A stretch of DNA of 64,000 nucleotides from Paramecium tetraurelia. Lineage: Eukaryota. Location: contig CT868429.1 in assembly GCA_000165425.1 (NCBI GenBank), positions 323,337 through 387,336 of the forward strand. Direction: 5' to 3'. The notes under the pieces were generated by a model. It was not told the DNA's origin. It ran no database searches and saw nothing but the letters and a program-made list of their open reading frames with translations. Made by a program: the position numbers and the translations under genes. Below, one piece after another: positions 56,541-64,000 of the stretch; within the stretch, counting starts at the first letter, position 1, and the number at the start of each line of letters is the position of its first letter.

Positions 56541-58206
56541 TCATTTTTCATCCTCTTCTTCTATAGGATCCCCTTTTTAAAATCGTTTTTTTACATTATC
56601 CATTGATGGACTTTAAGTGGGATCAATATGATCAAATTCAGTAGTATTAAATTTTTAGATAATTTTCTATTGGTTTTATTAAATTGGTCTATATGTATTT
56701 TCTTATGTAACAAAGGATCCTTTATTTTCAATTCTATCTTAGGGACTTCCCTTTTGGTTTTCATTTTAAAATTCAGTAGTGAAAGCTTTTCCACAAGTTG
56801 AAAACATTTGCTTCTTTTGAAAGGTTGTTAATTTAGCAGGCCCTTGGATGCCACTCTCTTGATAACAAGGAATAAAGAATGGATCCTATAAACATTGAGA
56901 TGAGGTTATTCTTTGAGTTGGCTCCTTTTCAAGCATTTTCTGGATTAGATTCTAAAATTGTATTTATAAAATACATTGAGTTATGGATCAATTTTTTTCA
57001 TTTGCAAGGGAGTTAAATCAATTTTACACTACTTATTTAACTTCAATACTAAATTAAATCCAACTCCTGGGAAGAGGTCCTTTCCAGTTATTCTGAAATA
57101 AAGATTAAACTTACAATTTAAAAAATATCACTCCAGCACTAAATATATCACAAACTTTATCATATTTTAAAGTTTTGTCAACAAGATTAGCTATCTCAGG
57201 TGCAACGTATCCAGGAGTACCACATTTAGGAAATAAATATCTTCTTATTTAATTATTATTTTTACTTATTTGCATTGCAGTATGTAGCTAAACCAAAATC
57301 AACAATTTTAAGAGAATTCAAGTCATCTTTTCTCAATAACATTATGTTTTCTGGTTTCAAATCTCTATGCATAATTTATTTTTCATGCATGTATTCTATT
57401 CCAGTCAGGATTTACTATACAATCTAATGGATTTATTACCCACATAATGTTCCTTACTGTATCTTCTGGGAACCCATTTTTATGATTGTTTAATTCTTCA
57501 TGCAAGCTTTTCCCTTCCAATAAATCCATAACCATATAGAATGTGTTATCTCCTTCATAAACTGCATGCAATTTTATAAAGGAAGGATGATCTAGTTCAT
57601 TGTTAATGGCTATCTCTTAAAACATTGATTCCTATTTTATGTTTAAACTAATACTAGTCCATTTTCAGTTTCGTTTATGTAGGATTTGTCAACGCATTTT
57701 GCTGCATAATAATTTTCTGTGTTCTTGTGTCTCACCAATAAGACTCTGGAAGATGCTCCCTTGCCTAAAGTTTGGAGGGGAGTGTAAAAATCTTGAATTC
57801 TTTAAAAGATGATCTTATTTCTCAAGTGCTCTTTTAAAACGGCTAGAGTTTTATCATCGCTGCAAAATGTTGTTATTTTGGCAACTTGGTTTTCATTTAT
57901 TTTTTTAACCTAATGAATGTTAGAATAAATTTGAGCACTTATTGAAATTTGAATGAGACTATTTTGTAATGCTTCTTCCCATCTAAATTGTCCTCCTCCA
58001 CTTCCCACTTTATGTGCGTTTAGAGTTAAATTGGCAAAGAATACTTGAAATTTGGATGATTATCCTAAAATATCAATGTCTTCAACGAACGATACCTTAC
58101 ATAAATCCAACCTATCTTGTCTTAATATTCCCAAGTATTTCTTATTTCCATTCTTCCCTTTACGAAAACATTCGAATTGATATACAACTGGTACTTCAAT
58201 TTACAT
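56541..58206 (-). CDS. CAMK-group Ser/Thr kinase with N-terminal extension
   Basis: [43 protein letters not shown]; several short introns. Confidence 0.93.
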
Positions 58207-58255
58207 TGACAGACAATATTTTTGAGGTATTAAAGTTAAAAAAAATTTAAAATAA

Positions 58256-58960
58256 ATGATATTATGTGAAAGTAGGAGAAGATAAAGAAGGAATGGAGTT
58301 CATGCTGAATCTGAGCAAGAATACATATAAGTTTAATATAAGTTATGATTATCCGATAGAAATTGGCCAAAGAAGACCAAAGTCGATAAATGTCTTTGGA
58401 ACACTAGTAGCCTTTCCCATAACTTGAAGGATTCATTATAAACTAAGATTTTTCATTTGATCCATTTCATTCCGAGCCCATCATTCTTCTTGAAAAGATC
58501 ACTATATATAAATCTCACTTTCTATTGTTGATTTGTGAAGATTTTTCTATGAATATAAAAAAGTTGTAGTCTATTTTAGATTCCTGTAAGTTTAATATGA
58601 TTAAATTTAGCAGAAATGTCAGATAATCTCACTGAGAGCACTACCGAAGAGTAAACATACTCAGGCTAATTAGTTTTTAAATAAGATTGCTATGTTCACA
58701 CTCTTACTTTTGGAAATATAATTCATAAATTCCACATATGGATACTCAACCACTTAAACCCTTTAGAAATTTTTAAAGGTGTTTATTATGTTTAATTTAG
58801 AATTGTATTATCCTTTATTCAATGCGTTCGTCATTGTTACTAATGAAGGACACAGCAGCAAATAAAATTTATTTTAGGCAGAATTTACAAGAATGCGCTA
58901 ATTTAATTAAGCAGTTAAATGTCATACTATTTCAGATTCCGATGATGTAATTATTTATTT
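58256..58960 (+). CDS. Possible hypothetical protein or decaying gene (ends uncertain)
   Basis: ATG near 58256 and coding-like composition with plausible short introns, but no domain and no firm stop identified. Confidence 0.3.
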
Positions 58961-59589
58961 TATTAAAGTTATTATTGGAAAAATAAAATAGTTTATTAAG
59001 CATATTAAAATCTTTAATTGAATGATCAGATAATTTATTTTACTTATACGTGCTAATTAATAAATTTAATAAAAATCTATATACTATTGTTTCACATTTA
59101 TCCGAACTTCTTTATAATTGTATTTTCATAATAACAGATCATTAAATCAGTGCAAATTAAAATTAACATCATAATTCTTATTTGATCATATATGAATAGC
59201 TTGTAGTCTATATTTAGAGTGGGGAATTACTATAGAGAATTTAAATTAAATACAAAACTGAGTTAAAATTTTAGTCAAATAATTTAACTAGAATTTTAAT
59301 TTTAATTTATAATGAAAGCAAACAATATTTCGAAGAGTATTCAATAAATAGATATTTCAAGATTGACATAATTCTATTATAAATTGAAGTAACTTTTACA
59401 TCAATAATAATCAATATACATGGAAATGTTTTATTAATAATTTGCTGAAAAAAATTTTCAATTTAATTGGGCTTTGAATAATCTAGTCATTGATATAAAT
59501 GATTAGATCAAATTTAACTTTAAGAACTTATAAATAAATCTGTTAAAATTCTTAAAACATAAAATCTATAATTGCTAACAATTAAATGT

Positions 59590-61366
59590 TCAATGTTCAG
59601 CAGATTGTTGTTCTTATTCTTAAAATGCCCCATATTTTTTCATTTCTTCAGCTTGTTACTTTAATTCTTATATTCTCTTAGCTAGTGCTCTACCTTTTCT
59701 ACACAAAATGAAGACGATGATTACGAGAATTACCTAAAATATTAATGATATTAATTACTGCAACTGAAACACAAACCCCAATAATCAGGTAATTTGAATC
59801 CGATTCCAAAAGAGGTCCTGAAGCTTAGATTGATAATTATTATGTGATTTGACATTATTCAAATAAATCTGTAATCTGATGTCCTTCACATCTTGAAGTA
59901 TTGGCTTTGAGGGTGTAATTTTACTCTCTTCCATATTAGAATTTACAAATAATAACTGGGTTGTAATCATTAAATTTCCAAATATGCAAAGATCCTTTAG
60001 AGAGACCTATATAATAGGATGTTTCCATAAATTAGGTCCTAATGGATTCATTCATATCAAAATATTGGAATCTAATTAATTCATCTTCAAAGAATGTTTT
60101 TACTAAATCTGTGTTATTCCTCATGAAACCATTGAAAATGGAATGTCTAAGTACCAAATGGACATCTTCGCCAATAATGATTGCATAGTCTTCATCAATT
60201 TAAATATCTCTAAAAGAGAAATCATCAACATATATTCTATTTATATAGTATTCCTTTGAGTCAGGTAGGAGGAATATCTCCATCATGTACTCTATATTAT
60301 TTGGAGTTTCAGCCACAACCAAGTAAGTGTTCTAATAATGATCAAAGGCAACACATCTTGATTAGGATATTGTGAGATCTAAGGATAGTTGTCCATTTTG
60401 TATTTTAAAGATGTACAATCCTGTATGCTCATCTAAGATGCTTATCCTTTCTTAAGATAGTTTTACAGATATAATGTTGACTGCTGTTTAATTTAATTGT
60501 TCTGCTGAGATTGTGAGTAAATAGATTAGCTGCTTATTGATATATTAATAGAGATCGACTCCAGCAATGCCATTTGCAATAGCAAGATATTCTTCGAAAA
60601 GACTTACTTTATTGAGATCTTATCTTTTGTTTATCACTGGTTCTAGATTTAAATTGGGCTTCTCTATTTCAGAATTAGTATTCAACCAAAATCCTCCATA
60701 GTTCGATAGAATCAGACAGCGATCTTGATCACTCTGGAAGTGTGCAAAATAGGCATTTGTGTAGTTGACTTGCTCAGAAATCAAGGTTTAAAGATTGTAA
60801 GAAATATTTTTAATTTGTATATTCCATTGTGGGGATTGGGATTAATTAAACAGCAGTATGGCCTGCTTTAATTCTAGTTCATCTGTCAATAAAAATATTC
60901 TTAATAAAAGAATACTGCATACTTCTATTGTTATCCCAAAATCAAGAGGTCTGTATAGTAAATATCTTCAGTATTATCCAATAAATTAACACTAAATATT
61001 TCAGTCAACTTAGGATGTTTAGGCAAACCTATGCAATCTAAGAATAGAATATAGATTTTACCATTGTCTAATTATTAATCATCCAGGTATTGATTGTCCA
61101 AACTAAGGAAGGGTGTTTCAATGTAAGCACCTAATGAATTTGAATCATTTCTATAAACAATAATGTCATATATTGCAGGATTGCTATGAAATTCAATTTC
61201 TAATTAACCTTAGTAATTTCACATGAGCCTCTTAAGTAGAAAATTAGAATTCCAGAGATTCCTCATTTACCGTAAATGTTTAATTTGGATGACTGCGGAT
61301 TCTATTAGTTTAGATTGAATTCTAAAAGAATAGTGCTGTTATTAAGCCTATTTATATTGAAAACAT
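59590..61366 (-). CDS. Type I membrane protein with LVIVD-like beta-propeller repeats
   Basis: Hydrophobic N-terminus, repeats such as YLAIANGIAGVDLY and SILDEHTGLYIF, single TM near the C-terminus followed by a basic tail (CRKGRALAKR). Confidence 0.65.
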
Positions 61367-61405
61367 TAAATATCAATAATTAACAAAATTAAACATTCAA
61401 ATAAA

Positions 61406-61624
61406 TCATACTTCTTTAGTCTTCTATTCCTATTAGGCCAACTTTGCATTCAGAAGAGTGCAATATCTAAATTGATCCATCAATTCTATACACTGTTTCA
61501 AAGCATTATTATGTTTATTTTTTTATATACAAATATTATAGGCATCTAAATGCGTTTAACATTTATGGCCAACAGCATCATGAGCGATTTTCTCAAAAGG
61601 TGTAAGAAGTAATTATTTATCCAT
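61406..61624 (-). CDS. Twin CX9C mitochondrial intermembrane-space protein (CMC/CHCH-like), 72 aa
   Basis: MDKQLLLTPFEKIAHDAVGHK-CQTHLDAYNIC-IQKNKHNNALKQ-CIELMDQFRYC-TLL...; exact C-X9-C spacing twice. Confidence 0.85.
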
Positions 61625-61725
61625 AAATAAAATTAATAATAATTAAAATAGACGAAAGACAACACTTTATAAATGATTGAATCCTCCATAGAATTGTCAA
61701 ATAAATAACAATTAGATATGATACC

Positions 61726-62960
61726 TCAATGTAATAATTATATTCTGTCATGACAATATCTATGGTATTTTCTTATCATGAAGTCTGCATCAACTTTCTT
61801 TTTAGTTGGTGCTTCATTCAATAATTCTTGGTATTTCTATTCGCAATCATACTTCTTAATGAAATCTTCTTGACTCATTTTTAGATTATCCATTACATTC
61901 TCTAGATTATTCAAAATCACCAATCCTATTAGGAATGGAATGTTTACCTGGGACGTAACACTGTCCAATAATCAAACTCTAAAATGTGAGGAAAATATGG
62001 AGCATCCTTGATTTTAACATTCATATGCTTTTCAAAAAACTTCAATTTCAATTTCAATGTTTAAACACTCTTTAAGAATAAATTTGGACACATCTACAAG
62101 AGCTGTCCTACCTAGTTAATTGATAACCCAATTTCTTTGAATAAATTGATCTTCGGACTCAACATATAAGCTGGTGTTAAGAGTAATAATTTATGATTAT
62201 TAATTAGCAATTGATGTTAGACTTCTTTATTTGGAATTAGAACATCATAATGATTTAATAATCTATCTAGATCATGATTTTTAAGGGCTAGAAACTCTGA
62301 AGTTTTTTGAATCTAATAAATCATACTGATATAATAATTACCAATTCCTAGATTTCCTTAGTTTTATATTCCCTGTTATACATAACTCTAAAATTAGGTG
62401 GTATTCTTTCAAGATTGAATGAAAATAGGAATGGAGTGTTGACCAATACTTATCCAAATTGTTTGTCACTCACATGAGCATAGGTATTGAAGACATTCCT
62501 GAAATTTTCATAATTAACTTCAAAGTTTCTCATTAATAGAGGGTATGCTGTCAACATGGATAAAATGTCTTCTTTGCTCATTTGTAGTTGCTTTTCAAAA
62601 AGGTCTAAGTAATTATTCATTTTATCAATAGGATGACTCAATATTTATGGATCTTTAAAGAGGATGGTTCGCATTTATCTTAATTAATGTGAGGAAGAAT
62701 TACTTCGCTTCTGCATTCAATCTAGATTTGAATAGTTCGCTCAATTATTCAATGTCATTAGCAGTATTGCCCTTGACAAGAGAAAGACCTCTGTTCTTGA
62801 AAATTCTGAAGATCATTTATTCATTAAATCCCATGGATTCATAGATACTTAGGGCAGGCTTAACTTGAGTTTCATAATTGTAAATGGTAGCAAATTTGGT
62901 ATTTTACAGTTTCTCTGCAAATTTTGAATAGGTACTGAATCTGAACAAGATGGCCCTCAT
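61726..62960 (-). CDS. mTERF-family organellar nucleic-acid-binding protein
   Basis: Presequence-like MRAILFRFSTYSKF; repeats such as ILFKDPQILSHPI, MLTAYPLLM, ILKEYHLIL, IKKYDCE-type mTERF units. Confidence 0.75.
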
Positions 62961-62987
62961 TTAATAAATTAATATTTATTTATATTT

Positions 62988-64000
62988 TCATTGGTTATAC
63001 ACAACCACTCGAAATTTTGTTAAAGGAATCTAATTAATTGAAATTCCGCTTATTCCCAGTGTTAATTGTTTTAATTGAGTTATTAGATTAGCTTGATTAA
63101 TAATATTTAAACAAGCAACATCATTAATAGAGCATTCTTTCGTATTGAATATAAGTTACTATAGATTCTTATATTCAATGATTATTAACATCATTTTATC
63201 AATGAACTCATCAGGAATCTGTTAGTGAGATAGATTGATGTATAATTGAGTCACATTTTCTCTTTTGATTCTTTCCAAATAAAACAAGAACATTTATTAG
63301 ACAATAGGTTTGCTGACACTCATTTGAATGATGTATTTTCTTCTTTTCTTCTCTTTAAAAGACTTGTCCAATTCTTCAAGTTATTGTTGTGAAAGCGAAG
63401 TAATCTATTTAAATTAACATATAAACTTAAATTCTTTCGGTTTTCTCTTCATACTTTAAGTATTCCAATTTCATGGGCAGCAGATTTTGGGCAGCACAAC
63501 CGACATCAATAAGAGAACATCTCTCAATGGGATTACGTAACAGCATATTCCTGATTAAACTCCCTAACATTTCCCTAATTTTAAAAATTACATACCCATA
63601 TTGTAATGAAACAAATTTCAATTTATTTTCAATAGCATCTTGTGAAATCAAATCCATCGGCAATGTGAGTGAAGCCATTGACAAAATTACCATCCCAATT
63701 TACCAAACATCGGTCTTGACTGAAAGATTTAAATTGCTTTTGAAACCGAATTGATTTGCTTATGAATTACTTTCAGGTGCTTGTAGAGCTTAATAATCAT
63801 TCCTTTCTTTATCATATTAAATGCGGTATTTCTTTTTGTAGGCAAGAATAGGAGATAATCCACCAACTTTAAATCCTTTTTTTTCATCATAAAACAAATA
63901 ACTTACAGAGAACTATTTCTAGAATATCTATAAGAATTATAAATATTAAGCCACTGTCACCAAAGTTATAATGGCTTCCACAATTACTTCTAACTGAAAC
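62988..64000 (-). CDS. Pseudokinase with LRR-like C-terminus (5' end outside the window)
   Basis: APE, KTDVWQIGMVIL and MLLRNPIER retained, but the HRDLKPEN position reads FQKQFSVSY and DFG reads GGL. Confidence 0.75.

Noticed and set aside
62961..62987. In-frame spacer allowing a pseudokinase-mTERF read-through fusion
   Set aside because: Phase match has a one-in-three chance and the mTERF gene has its own presequence-like N-terminus

Overview
Very AT-rich, gene-dense eukaryotic DNA that only reads sensibly with the ciliate nuclear code (TAA/TAG = Gln, TGA the sole stop) and with tiny (about 22-30 nt) GT-AG introns; this points to a Paramecium macronuclear chromosome segment (inference). 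The supplied ORF track uses the standard code and therefore shows fragments and antisense shadows. Re-translating by hand gives about 36 protein genes, including a CDPK (3' part), MON2, a SHAQKYF-type Myb, SF-assemblin, PP2A catalytic subunit, DYRK, NDR and CAMK-type kinases, a pseudokinase, CDC50, gamma-glutamyl hydrolase, a CNBD K+ channel, RPL32, a UEV, FHA-SMAP, TM-PX-PX, an EF-hand sensor, cystatin, CEP350-like and FOP-like proteins, two large membrane PAS proteins and several mitochondrial factors (mS45-like, RAP, mTERF, twin CX9C). The most notable non-coding structure is a pair of identical tRNA-Phe(GAA) genes with homologous flanks in inverted orientation (34862 +, 50908 -) bracketing a ~16 kb block that holds both the CEP350-like and FOP-like genes; one copy is preceded by a perfect 46-bp palindrome. 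Gene boundaries were derived by eye and some are approximate. No database searches were run.
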